Positions 19,545 through 29,771 of a stretch of DNA of 64,000 nucleotides are shown piece after piece. The stretch's first letter is position 1; each line of letters starts with the position of its first letter. Source of the stretch: Wickerhamiella versatilis (Eukaryota); the NCBI GenBank assembly GCA_030867685.1, contig JAQOWU010000001.1, positions 558,001 to 622,000 on the forward strand, written 5' to 3'. Under the pieces are notes generated by a model. That model was not told where the DNA came from. It did no database searches and was given only the letters and a program-made list of their open reading frames with translations. The position numbers and the translations under genes are program-made.

Positions 19545-19820
19545 TTATTATTTTTTTCTCGAAATGTTCTTATTGTCCAAATTTAGAAAGCAAATTTAAA
19601 AAGCCTTACCAGTGCTGTGAATTGACTTTCGCACTGAACTTTGTAGCCATGGGCCAGGTCAAAGGCCAACTGGGCCTACTTCTATTTTTGGGTCAGCTGC
19701 ACGGTACAGTACAAAGACAATCAGACATATAAGGCTAGATGGAATATCAATTTACGAAGTGCTAGATAAATAAATAAATTACATGCCTCTGTGTCGTGCG
19801 GTGCTGCCACCAGCCAGCGC

Positions 19821-20752
19821 CTAGACATTTTCTGGCGGTGCCGCCATTTCGTAGTTTTCCGCGGCTGCCGAGTTCTCGGCGCAGAACCGCATTTGCAGGA
19901 CCATAAATGCGGCACCCACGAGGTCGCAGCTGATTGTGAAGGCCCCCGATATGATGAACGAACACTTTTGGATGTGCAGGTCCGAGGCAAGACAGAGCAT
20001 GCCATGGAGGACACATGCCACGGCAGTAACTATTCCCAGGGGCGAGGAGAGCCGGAGCTTGAGGTAGGCCGGGAACGTCAGGGTGGTGGCTACTAGCAAT
20101 GCCGATACCAGCAGCTGCGCGCGGTACACAGCTCATAGACTCACCGGCCAGGTGTCCATTTTAAACGGCAGAACAGGGACTAAGAATATGCAGGTCAGAA
20201 TAGTGCCGATAAGACGAGCAGGGCAAGGCATGGGGACTTCACAAACCTGTGTACGGTATCCTTCAAGGACCCAGAGGCGATGCCGACTAATAGCGAAAAG
20301 AGAAGAACAATAAAAGAAACCATAGATGAGCCCATGATTGGAAACACAACTATGTTGGAATTTGGGTTCTCAGAAACGAATTTCGTCACGTCATTACTGT
20401 CGGCTATATTCCTGTTTAGACACATCTTATTGAAGAAGTAGGCAATGGCCAGTAGCAGGGCATTGCATACCCATATTCCTGCAGCGCGATGCACGCCAAA
20501 GTAGTCCTTGGGCCTGTATATATGGTGGACTACCAGCGGGGGCAGCGATAAGATCAGGATAAACCACTTGAGCCTCAGGGCAAACTCTGCGGCTTCAGGG
20601 ATGACTGCAGAGCCGATGCCTACGATGGTCACATATAGCGGTTGGAAGAAAGAGGTAACGGTTGCCTTCTCAGCGTATGTGGGCCTGGGCTGTTCCCACC
20701 CATACACTAGACTTACTAACTTCAGATGCTTTGGGCTTCTGCTGCGTGCCAT
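19821..20752 (-). pseudogene. Disrupted multi-TM membrane protein gene (about 310 aa if repaired)
   Basis: Hydrophobic ORF from ATG 20752 continues after a frameshift near 20215 (LIGTILTCIFLVPVLPF...), then past an in-frame TGA at 20135-20133 into the 19821-20129 ORF. Confidence 0.55.
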
Positions 20753-21119
20753 CGCCCAGCTGTGCGGTGCAAGGCAATCATACCTGCTAGAATAAAAATA
20801 TCAACTCAAGATTGGTGGATACATAAATAAGTAAGTTATTCAGTGCGGTGCGGAACGACGGTTTGCGGCGAGTGGCGATAAGAGTACAATGGGCTACTTG
20901 ACGTTCATGGCGAGGCAGGGGGTCTGAGACTGACGAGGCATGCGGTCTGGCTTCAGAAGCCTTGCGCATACCCAAGGCATGCTTTACCAGGAATCTTAGG
21001 CTTCTATCCGTGGGGACCTCCCTGGTTGGCACGGGTCCATACGGGTCGGGATCATTACGATACAGGCATGCATGCATGCATGTACATATATTGTGGGGTT
21101 GTCACCTAACTAATTCGGA

Positions 21120-21908
21120 ATGACCGGTAGAGTTGAAAATAAGATTGCATTGGTTACTGGCGGGTCCAAGGGCCTTGGCAAGGCGGTGGCGGAGTTGTTG
21201 GCCGAGGAGGGTGCCACGGTGTACGTGACGGACGTTGACGAGACGGAAGGCGTCAGGACGGTGGACGCGATGGAGCAGCACGGCCGCGATGTGTACTTCC
21301 TCCGGCACAATACGGCGGATGAGGGCGATTGGAAGAGAGTTTTTGAGGAGATCCGGGACCGGTACGGCCGGCTCGACATCATGGTCAACAACGCGGGCAT
21401 CGGCGTTTTCCAGAGCGTCGAGTCGGCGAGCCTCGAGGATTGGCGTAAGCTGCTCAGTGTCAACCTCGACGGCGTGTTTCTCGGCACGCGCTATGCCATT
21501 GAGCTCATGAAGGCCCAGGGGAGGGGCGGCAGCATCATCAACCTGAGCTCGATCGAGGGTCTGGTGGGCGACCCGAACCTCGCCGCGTACTGCGCAAGCA
21601 AAGGAGGCGTGAGACTGTTCAGCAAGTCGGCTGCGCTGGACGTCGCCAAGCTCGGGATCCGGGTCAACACGGTTCACCCGGGCTATATCGAGACCCCGAT
21701 GGTTTTGAACGCATGCAAGGCACTTGAGCCACACTGCGAGGACGCGCGGCAGACCGAGGCGTACCAGAGGCTCGTCGGGCAGCACCCGGTGGGCCATCTC
21801 GGTGAGCCTGCTGATATTGCATATGGCGTGCTGTACCTGGCCTCTGACGAGTCGAAGTTTGTCACGGGCAGCGAGCTCGTCATCGATGGCGGCTACACGG
21901 CACAGTGA
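21120..21908 (+). CDS. Classical SDR, bacterial 3-beta-HSD/cyclopentanol-dehydrogenase-like (probable HGT)
   Basis: TGGSKGLG, NNAG, SSIEG, YCASK, IRVNTVHPG, VTGSELVIDGGYTAQ; visibly GC-rich third positions. Confidence 0.88.
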   Translation: MTGRVENKIALVTGGSKGLGKAVAELLAEEGATVYVTDVDETEGVRTVDAMEQHGRDVYFLRHNTADEGDWKRVFEEIRDRYGRLDIMVNNAGIGVFQSVESASLEDWRKLLSVNLDGVFLGTRYAIELMKAQGRGGSIINLSSIEGLVGDPNLAAYCASKGGVRLFSKSAALDVAKLGIRVNTVHPGYIETPMVLNACKALEPHCEDARQTEAYQRLVGQHPVGHLGEPADIAYGVLYLASDESKFVTGSELVIDGGYTAQ

Positions 21909-22017
21909 GACTAGTGCAGCGTACTGAAACTGCAACTTAAGTTAAGCAGCAATTCCAGCCACATGCTGAAGCGGCGAACTTTTCATATCGCAATAATAGG
22001 CTAACCTGAGTATTATA

Positions 22018-23460
22018 TTATACATTTAAGTCCGTCGCGGTAGGCCTGGAAATGGTAAATTCACCTTCTCCCGTGGAGGTAGGAAATAGTAGCGTATCAG
22101 TATCAAAAGTGTAAGATCCAGTGGCAGATGCGGTAAGGGACGAGAAGTACTTGGACCTCGCTGTGAACAACGAGGTGGCCACGGTGGTGCTGTAGCGCCA
22201 GTCGAGCTGCGTCGAGTTGTAGTGCGAGGCATGGGTCGCCGACGGAATGCTCTTGGAAATGGGTTCTATGGAAACTTCCGTGACGTTGTGCTTTGCGTAC
22301 GCCAAACCGACCTCCTTGCTCTCCAGGTCGAACACGGCATACAGCCTGCGCAGCGCATTGTCACCGAGAATGACCGATTCCAGCTCTCCCTCCTCAACCC
22401 CAAGCATACAGTACGTCACATCATCATCATAATCATCCTCATACTCCACCACAAAGTCCTCCAGGGGCACCTCGAAATTGAATCCGCTCACGTTGAATCC
22501 GATTGACCCCGATACGTTTGAGCACCCGTCGTACGACATCACGTACCCCTCAACTTCGGAGTCATATACGGCACCGAGCGTCTTGATAATGGGCTTGAGG
22601 AATTCAACGGGCAGAATAGTTAACGTCGTGCCACTGTCAAGCAGGAACGGCCAGCTAAGGTTGCTTATGATTTGCGAGTGGTTGTGGCCGTTTGAGAGGG
22701 AAATGCCGTTGACCATTACGGTGGTCCGGGTCGCCTCGCTGTCCATTACAGGGATGAACGGCAGCAGTGTGAGGTTGCCGTCGAACTTGGCGGTGTCCAC
22801 CGCACCGAACAGCAGCTGCCCGCTCGCGTAGTCGTCGTTCAGCCAGAGCGAGTACGCCACGCGATCAATCGCACCCGACTCCTTCAGCTGGTAAGGGATC
22901 GAGGTATACTCATAATCACCAATTTCTACTGTGGTTTCCAAAGACTCTAAACCAATGCCAAACACATTTATATCGATCTCTTCAGAGTCATTCACCACAC
23001 CGAAGCGGCTATTTTTCAGGGTGGCCCCGCCAATGGAAATGGTATCCTGACCAAAGTATCCCATAGCTTCGCCTTTGCCGTACACTATTTCGAACAGGCC
23101 CGTGGTGTTGGCCTTGAATGTCTTGGAATCATCAGGATCGAATATGCCGTAGCAGGTATCCTGGGTCTCTGGATCCTCCTCATCATTCGAGGTACAATCA
23201 TACTCCTCGCCCGAAAAAACCCACAGATCACTTGAGCCGGTGTCAATCAAAGCAGTTACATTTTGAGCTGGGGTACCGATCGACAGAACTGCCAGATAGG
23301 CCACCTGCTCCGCACTGTTGTAGGCGGTCAGGTTGACATCCTTAGTTTCCCGCTTGTTCAAGCCGGAGGAGTGTTGCCTGAGGGCCGAGCGGCTAAAAGG
23401 GATACTGACCTGGGCCGCCGCAAGGGACGCAAGTAGAGAGCAGAGGGGGAGCGATACCAT
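22018..23460 (-). CDS. Yapsin-like aspartic protease with Ser/Thr tail
   Basis: Signal peptide, KR, DTGSSDLWV, LLDSGTTLT, ILGDNALR; no clear hydrophobic GPI signal. Confidence 0.92.
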   Translation of the reverse strand: MVSLPLCSLLASLAAAQVSIPFSRSALRQHSSGLNKRETKDVNLTAYNSAEQVAYLAVLSIGTPAQNVTALIDTGSSDLWVFSGEEYDCTSNDEEDPETQDTCYGIFDPDDSKTFKANTTGLFEIVYGKGEAMGYFGQDTISIGGATLKNSRFGVVNDSEEIDINVFGIGLESLETTVEIGDYEYTSIPYQLKESGAIDRVAYSLWLNDDYASGQLLFGAVDTAKFDGNLTLLPFIPVMDSEATRTTVMVNGISLSNGHNHSQIISNLSWPFLLDSGTTLTILPVEFLKPIIKTLGAVYDSEVEGYVMSYDGCSNVSGSIGFNVSGFNFEVPLEDFVVEYEDDYDDDVTYCMLGVEEGELESVILGDNALRRLYAVFDLESKEVGLAYAKHNVTEVSIEPISKSIPSATHASHYNSTQLDWRYSTTVATSLFTARSKYFSSLTASATGSYTFDTDTLLFPTSTGEGEFTISRPTATDLNV

Positions 23461-24250
23461 TACCTAGGCAATCAACCAGGGTGCCCCATTTTTCTTTCTA
23501 TTTATATTCGTATATAACGGGTCGTGCCTTTGCTCCTGAGTAGTAATCGTGCATGCATGCATACATATGTACATATACTCACTTTCGAGCAGGGGATGGG
23601 CTGGCCAGTAGGGAGGTCTAAAGGCATCTAGCAAGCCATCGGAAGAATAGCCGGAATGGCTAAAAGCACCTATGTGAAAGATTTTAAATGAAAGGAGTCG
23701 ATTCATTAGCCGGAGCATCGATGCATGCCCCGGAAGCTCGTGTGTTCATGACAAAGTAAAGGGTAAGGTGCAGCTCAGATACTTTTTTACCAGATAATTC
23801 TTTACCGCTGCTAAGCAGATATTTCGAGTAACTTTTGAAGAGACTCTTCGGATCCTGAACTTGAATCTGATTCTAAGCTGGCTCGCTGGAATGCTGATGT
23901 ATCTGCCAAGATACATCCCTAACCCCATCAATTTATTTGATGATGCTATTTGGCCAGTCCCATGAGGTCCACCGAGAAAAGAGCCGAAGAAAATTCCGCG
24001 AGTAAGTACATATTACTTGACAGTGGGCTATCGAACTGCCCTGTACCGAGTATGAGGATTAGAACAGCCTGCCAAGACATTATTTGTCATGAATTGTATG
24101 CATTCGTTAATTAGATCCGTGTTTAGCTGCTGCTCGCTGTAATAGGGATAGGATATTATTATGACAAGATTTGTTCTCGTTAGCTAGAAACTGGTTGGAC
24201 AATTAAACAAAAGAAACTAATATTATTATTATCGATTGACATAGTTATCA

Positions 24251-26674
24251 CTAGAATAGCGCGACAAATGCCACGGCACCTAAGGTGTAAATCCCGAAAT
24301 GCTGTGGTTTAGCTGCCGCATTGTCAAATGGGATTGAGGACCTGCCAGATGCACCAGGCGAAGTGCTTTCTGGTTGAACAGCACCACCAGAAGCCTCGCT
24401 AGCCGTAGATACAACACCACCAGTGGCGCTTGAAACCTTGGCCCTAGGATTTTCACTCGAAGCCATAGGTGAGGGCTTTGTATACTCATTAGTGGCAGGA
24501 GACGAAAATGCTTCACTTGTGGCATCACAACTTGTAATCGTCAGCGTGGTAGGAGCCGTTACCGTATATGTAGATGAGCCGTGTGTGAATGTGGTCGGCG
24601 ACGGGCAATAAGTTGTATAGTAGGTAGTCTCTGCTGTTGTAGTCGCATACTCACTAGTGACAGAAGGTGAAAGAGCGTCACTTGTGGTATCACAACTTGT
24701 GATCGTCAGCGTGGTAGGAGCCGTTACCGTATATGTAGATGAGCCGTGTGTGAATGTGGTCGGCGACGGGCAATAAGTTGTATAGTAGGTAAACTCTGCT
24801 GTTGTGGTAGCATAAGAACCCGACACAACGGAGACGGAGCCCAGAGTGGTGCCACTGGAACTCGCCGATCTAGATGATACCAGCTTAGGAGGAACAGTGC
24901 TCGTACTATTCAAGCCAGAACTAGTGGGGGTAACACTGGAAATAGACATCGTGCCAGTGGATGACCTGGTGGAGATAGCAGAGCCTGTTGAGGATGACAC
25001 AATTGGAGTAGGAGATGAACTGTTAGAGATGGTCGACGACTCAGTCGAGGGAACAGAGACTGGCGATGATCGACTGGAATGGGCGGAATGTGTTCTACTA
25101 GAGATGGAGAGACTAGAAGATAGCGATGACACCGGGCTCGCAACGGACAGAGAAGAGCTGCTGGTATTCTTGCGTGGGACGGAAGAAGATGAAGTCATAG
25201 TCAAGGAAGCAGAAGACGATTTAGTGGAGGCCATCGAGGATGGCTTGATCGAAGCAGACGATGAGCTACTTGAAATGGTCGACGACGTAGTGGAAGGACC
25301 AGAAGAAGAGAAGTCAGTGGAGGCAGTAGGCACAGATGACGACGACTTGGTAGTGACAGAGGACGATTTATTAGATGATGTCGAGGATGGCTTAATCGAA
25401 GCAGACGATGAACTACTAGAAATGGTCGACGACGTAGTGGAAGGACCAGAAGAAGAGAAGTCAGTGGAGGCAGTAGGCACAGATGACGACGACTTGGTAG
25501 TGACAGAGGACGATTTACTAGATGATGTCGAGGATGGCTTGATCGAAGCAGACGATGAACTACTTGAAATGGTCGACGACGTAGTTGAGGGACCAGAAGA
25601 AGAGAAGTCAGTGGAGGCAGTAGGCACAGATGACGACGACTTGGTAGTGACAGAGGACGATTTATTAGATGATGTCGAGGATGGCTTAATCGAAGCAGAC
25701 GATGAACTACTAGAAATGGTCGACGACGTAGTGGAAGGACCAGAAGAAGAGAAGTCAGTGGAGGCAGTAGGCACAGATGACGACGACTTGGTAGAGGTGA
25801 CAGAGGACGATGTACTAGATGATGTCGAGGATGGCTTGGGCAAAGTTGAAGATGAACTACTAGAAATGGTCGACGACGTAGTAGATGAAGTGGAAGATAA
25901 ATCACTTGAACAGGTGGATGATATACTGGATGGAACAGACGACCATGTGCTTGTCCGAGAAGTGAGGCTCGCTTCAGAAGAGGTCATCGAAGTTGTAGAT
26001 GTCGAAGAAAATGTCGAGGACGATGAGCTACCATCGCATTTTACTGGCCAGCAATAACTAGACGCATCAGTCTGGGAGTTTCCATTGTTATCAACATTGT
26101 TGCAACCAGTTATGTAGTCGTAGGACTTGGCGTATTTCCACGAGTTACATTGGCTAGCTGCTGAGTTTGCAGTAAGTGAACACCAATCAAACTGAATCTG
26201 GAAATTTGGCATGCAAGCTGTGCTTCCACTAACATCCGCATTTATTTCTACTGATGCATGCCACTTCTTGGGGTTATCGATGATGTGAACATCTTCATTC
26301 AGTGAATAAAGAACAACTGTACTGTCTTGAGAGGACTGCAGTCCAATGATCTTCAACTCATCCAAAGCAGAAATATCCATATTGTCGTCCGCTTCAAACG
26401 ATATGGTCACGTTATAAGTGCTGCCACTAACAGGCGTAACTTCTGTAATGGAGATAGAGGCATTTGGCATGTTAGCCTGGCTCGCGTGAAAGCCAAAATT
26501 ATAATTTGGACATTTTTCATATATAGAGCAGCTATCACTGCGAGTTTCCAACGGCTTAGCCTCGTTAAAAAGCAACTCATCTGCTACTCTGACATTGGTG
26601 TGGGTGTCTGCACCAGCAGACACAGCATGGATGGTTGCTAAGAGACTGATGAATACCTCACGAAGTTTGATCAT
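24251..26674 (-). CDS. Flo11-type GPI-anchored adhesin
   Basis: Signal peptide, N-terminal Flo11-like domain (YNVTISF, LDELKIIGL, CMPNFQIQFDW), Ser/Thr repeats, YTTYCP repeats, hydrophobic GPI tail. Confidence 0.85.
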   Translation of the reverse strand: MIKLREVFISLLATIHAVSAGADTHTNVRVADELLFNEAKPLETRSDSCSIYEKCPNYNFGFHASQANMPNASISITEVTPVSGSTYNVTISFEADDNMDISALDELKIIGLQSSQDSTVVLYSLNEDVHIIDNPKKWHASVEINADVSGSTACMPNFQIQFDWCSLTANSAASQCNSWKYAKSYDYITGCNNVDNNGNSQTDASSYCWPVKCDGSSSSSTFSSTSTTSMTSSEASLTSRTSTWSSVPSSISSTCSSDLSSTSSTTSSTISSSSSSTLPKPSSTSSSTSSSVTSTKSSSSVPTASTDFSSSGPSTTSSTISSSSSSASIKPSSTSSNKSSSVTTKSSSSVPTASTDFSSSGPSTTSSTISSSSSSASIKPSSTSSSKSSSVTTKSSSSVPTASTDFSSSGPSTTSSTISSSSSSASIKPSSTSSNKSSSVTTKSSSSVPTASTDFSSSGPSTTSSTISSSSSSASIKPSSMASTKSSSASLTMTSSSSVPRKNTSSSSLSVASPVSSLSSSLSISSRTHSAHSSRSSPVSVPSTESSTISNSSSPTPIVSSSTGSAISTRSSTGTMSISSVTPTSSGLNSTSTVPPKLVSSRSASSSGTTLGSVSVVSGSYATTTAEFTYYTTYCPSPTTFTHGSSTYTVTAPTTLTITSCDTTSDALSPSVTSEYATTTAETTYYTTYCPSPTTFTHGSSTYTVTAPTTLTITSCDATSEAFSSPATNEYTKPSPMASSENPRAKVSSATGGVVSTASEASGGAVQPESTSPGASGRSSIPFDNAAAKPQHFGIYTLGAVAFVALF
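24525..24815 (-). repeat. Two copies (165-bp spacing) of the YTTYCPSPTTFTHGSSTYTVTAPTTLTITSC cell-wall repeat
   Basis: Near-identical DNA copies. Confidence 0.9.
25233..25885 (-). repeat. 147-bp (49-aa) coding tandem repeat, about 4.5 copies
   Basis: Anchor agaagaagagaagtcagtgg at 25301, 25448, 25595 and 25742. Confidence 0.93.
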
Positions 26675-29600
26675 AATATCAGACTGCTTGGCAAAAAAGA
26701 AGAAATGGCTTAGTGGATATATATATGCCAGAGAATTCCACCCAAGATTATGATGCCTATCTCACAGAGTAGTGATGTAAGCCGATCTGCAGTCGATGAG
26801 AATCGATATAAGAATTAAAAAATACTGCAAGCCATTGATTTTTCCATTTTAAAATCCATACCTCTCTTCGGAGACCATCTAGCGCCCGTGAGCTTCCCTT
26901 TAGCTAGAAAAAAAAGAGGCGGGTTAGGTGTAGATTTATAGGGCCAGGGATATGTACGACCGCAAGTGCAGTTTAAAAGACGAAATTGTGGTCAAAGCAT
27001 ATAGGTCGTCGTAAAGCCTCAAGATCCTCTATAGCATATTTCAAATTCGAGATATTTAATGGTTATACGGCTCTGAATCCCGTTTCATCGTTGACCAACG
27101 TTATCATGTAATATACTGTAACCGGGGTATCTAAAAGCTGCTCACAATGCAATTAACCCTTAACCTAATATTAAGATTAGGAATACTAACCTGCAAACAA
27201 ACACTTAGCCACCGGTAGATTTTAGTCAGAGACAGCATAGTTTTTTTTTCTTTTCGTAACAAGGAAAATCATCTACTTCACTACCTGTGACTGGTAGTGG
27301 TGATTCGAATATATACCCCATGTCTGCTTCTCAGTGCTGTTAAATTTAGAAGCTGCTCGGCTAGTTGTGTATCTCTGTAGGTCGAGGACAACCTAGGCAT
27401 GTGAAGAGTTGGTGCCGTTACCGATTTTTCAACCTTAAATATGCAACGTGCGGAACTCGTCTAGTTATGATGTTTTCTTGAAATTGGCATGCAGTAACCT
27501 TCGACCATGCCAGTGAGACGCCTCAAAACCAAATTCAGGATTGAGAATGGTAAATTAACATCTTTCTTACTATGATTCCCCCAATAAATGTTAATGGGGA
27601 CCGCAGATATGTGCCGTGCGAGAAAATAACGCCCATGCAAGCACATTAGTACGTGTCCCATACTATAATTATCTGAACAAACTAAGACAAGATAGTTGAG
27701 ATAAATCAACTTGAACTATAGAGCAAGAGATTAAGTACATGGAGCGAACTCTTCCCGATAATAGAGCAGCTCACTAAAACAGTTGGTTAGTTATCATATA
27801 TACAAAGACACAAATATGGGTAGCTACAAGACTTGAAATAATGGTATAGTAATAATCTTAAAATGCTTTTTTGTGTGTTTCACCCACTCTCCTCCACCAG
27901 TTCTTCTTTATAGAAGGGTGAACTGGACGACGTTGTCCATATGCGGAATGCGCACCTGGGCAGGGGTAACGGCATATTGCAATCAACTACCTCCTTACCC
28001 TACAATGAAGACTAATCCGTATACCAGACACCAGGAATACATTCTTAGTTAACCTCAGAGTCCTCTCGACTAAGGAAATCTCAATCTGGCTACTTATCAG
28101 AAGGTTCAAAGTCTGAAACGCTACGCTACAAAGCGACCTCATGGAATAATCGCATGGCCATATGTGCAAATACTCAAGCTTGATGGGATTTCAGCGCATC
28201 AATAACAGGAGCATTAATGCCTTGACTAGGTCGATTCTTGATACCCTGGGGGGCAAGCGTCTTGAGGACATGGAATGATCCAAGAGTGATTTATCCAGGA
28301 TTGCACTTTCTCGACTCCCGGTACCCTATTGGTTCTTTGTTGCATTCTTGTATGTATTTACTAGCGTAATAACTTTGGCTACGATGAGAACTCCAATTCT
28401 ACATCACTCTAAAGTGCTAGTCACACTATTCAAATTAATTCACACGAGCATAATGTAATCTATATACATCACTTTGTATAAGTTACGTAAAACCTGAATG
28501 CATGATGGTCCAAATGTCATCTGTCCAGTGATGGTTAGCTTATAATCTTAATACTCCCTCGCAGAATCTCAAAACGGTACTTTGAGATCTATGCATTCGC
28601 ATATTTGGATCTAGGATAATCCAACGAGATGGAATATATCTAGCGGTTTGGCCTGTACCAATCCCGATTCCAAGTGGATAGGAACTAGATAGCCACCCAA
28701 TTACTCGGAATCATATGGTTTCAACAACAGAAAAGGAACGGTTATTTAAAAATGTTGAAAAGGAGCCATTTTATGGATTATGGGTTATACAACACAGGTG
28801 GTCTGATTTTACTAAATAAAAAAGGACTATACTGGAACTCGGCTGAAATCAATGATCTAGATTTTATTTTAATTGGTCTCGAATAATGTCTGTACGGCCG
28901 TCTTGCGATTACCCGGTGTGTTACGAACATACTACCAAGCTGTAGTGGCTATACTAGTGCCTAGTAATTCTTTTTCTCAAAGTTTGTTTTATGAATGAAG
29001 GTTCTAGGCAAATCTGGATAATTTACGTTTACCAGGGTGATAACGATAAGGTCGCCAGCTTGCATCGTGTAGATAAATGACTTCGCTTCAAGCCACACTT
29101 GTTCGCTCAACTACAGGTGAATATTATGGTAATAGGAAATAATTCGGAATTGAGAGTTCCATCAACCAGTCTCAGGTAGGAAAAATGAAACCCTTGCGCC
29201 TTGCAAATTATGTGGTGATCGACTCTGGCACGTGCATGAAGGGGATCTTGATTTAAGGCAGAAATTGAGGGAATATTTCCGGTTTGTAGCATATAGTGTC
29301 AGCCCTCCTGAGACTGATGGTAATTATTTGAGATACAAGGAAATCCACTAGACTAGTCTGTAATTTTACTTTAGCCCTCGATAATGGTCACTATCGCTTA
29401 TTCACCGCGAATATGATCAATGGTAACCCACCCAAAGTGGAGAGACTTTCGAGGAATATACGATGAGAGACTAATATAACCTACCTTCAAGATCTGAAAT
29501 GGCAGCGGATAGTTAGTAGTTTACTGGTCCCTATATGTCAATAAAACTCTATTACCTAACTCTATAGTAATAGTAAGGTTGCTTTTCAATCTCGTCGGAT

Positions 29601-29771
29601 AATAATACTAGCTGATCTAATGGCTAAATAGACGTACATTCCCCTACTAAACCAATTCCTCTCTCTTTTTTTCTTATTTTGGGTTGACAATAGATGCACC
29701 ATAGTAATTTATGTCACATATAACCACTAAATTAAACACGATGTCCCATTGTGGTAAAAAAGTTTGTCAGC

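Noticed and set aside
21102-21935. 277-aa antisense ORF over the SDR
   Set aside because: Open antisense frames are common for GC-rich SDR genes; no ATG start and no independent motifs.
25233-25885. CRISPR-like periodic repeats
   Set aside because: Eukaryotic coding tandem repeats with no unique spacers.
24846-26057. 403-aa acidic + strand ORF and other frames over the adhesin
   Set aside because: Mirror of the Ser/Thr repeat codons.
28200-28460. Possible decayed coding sequence in the long intergenic region
   Set aside because: The frame I translated showed no recognisable motif.
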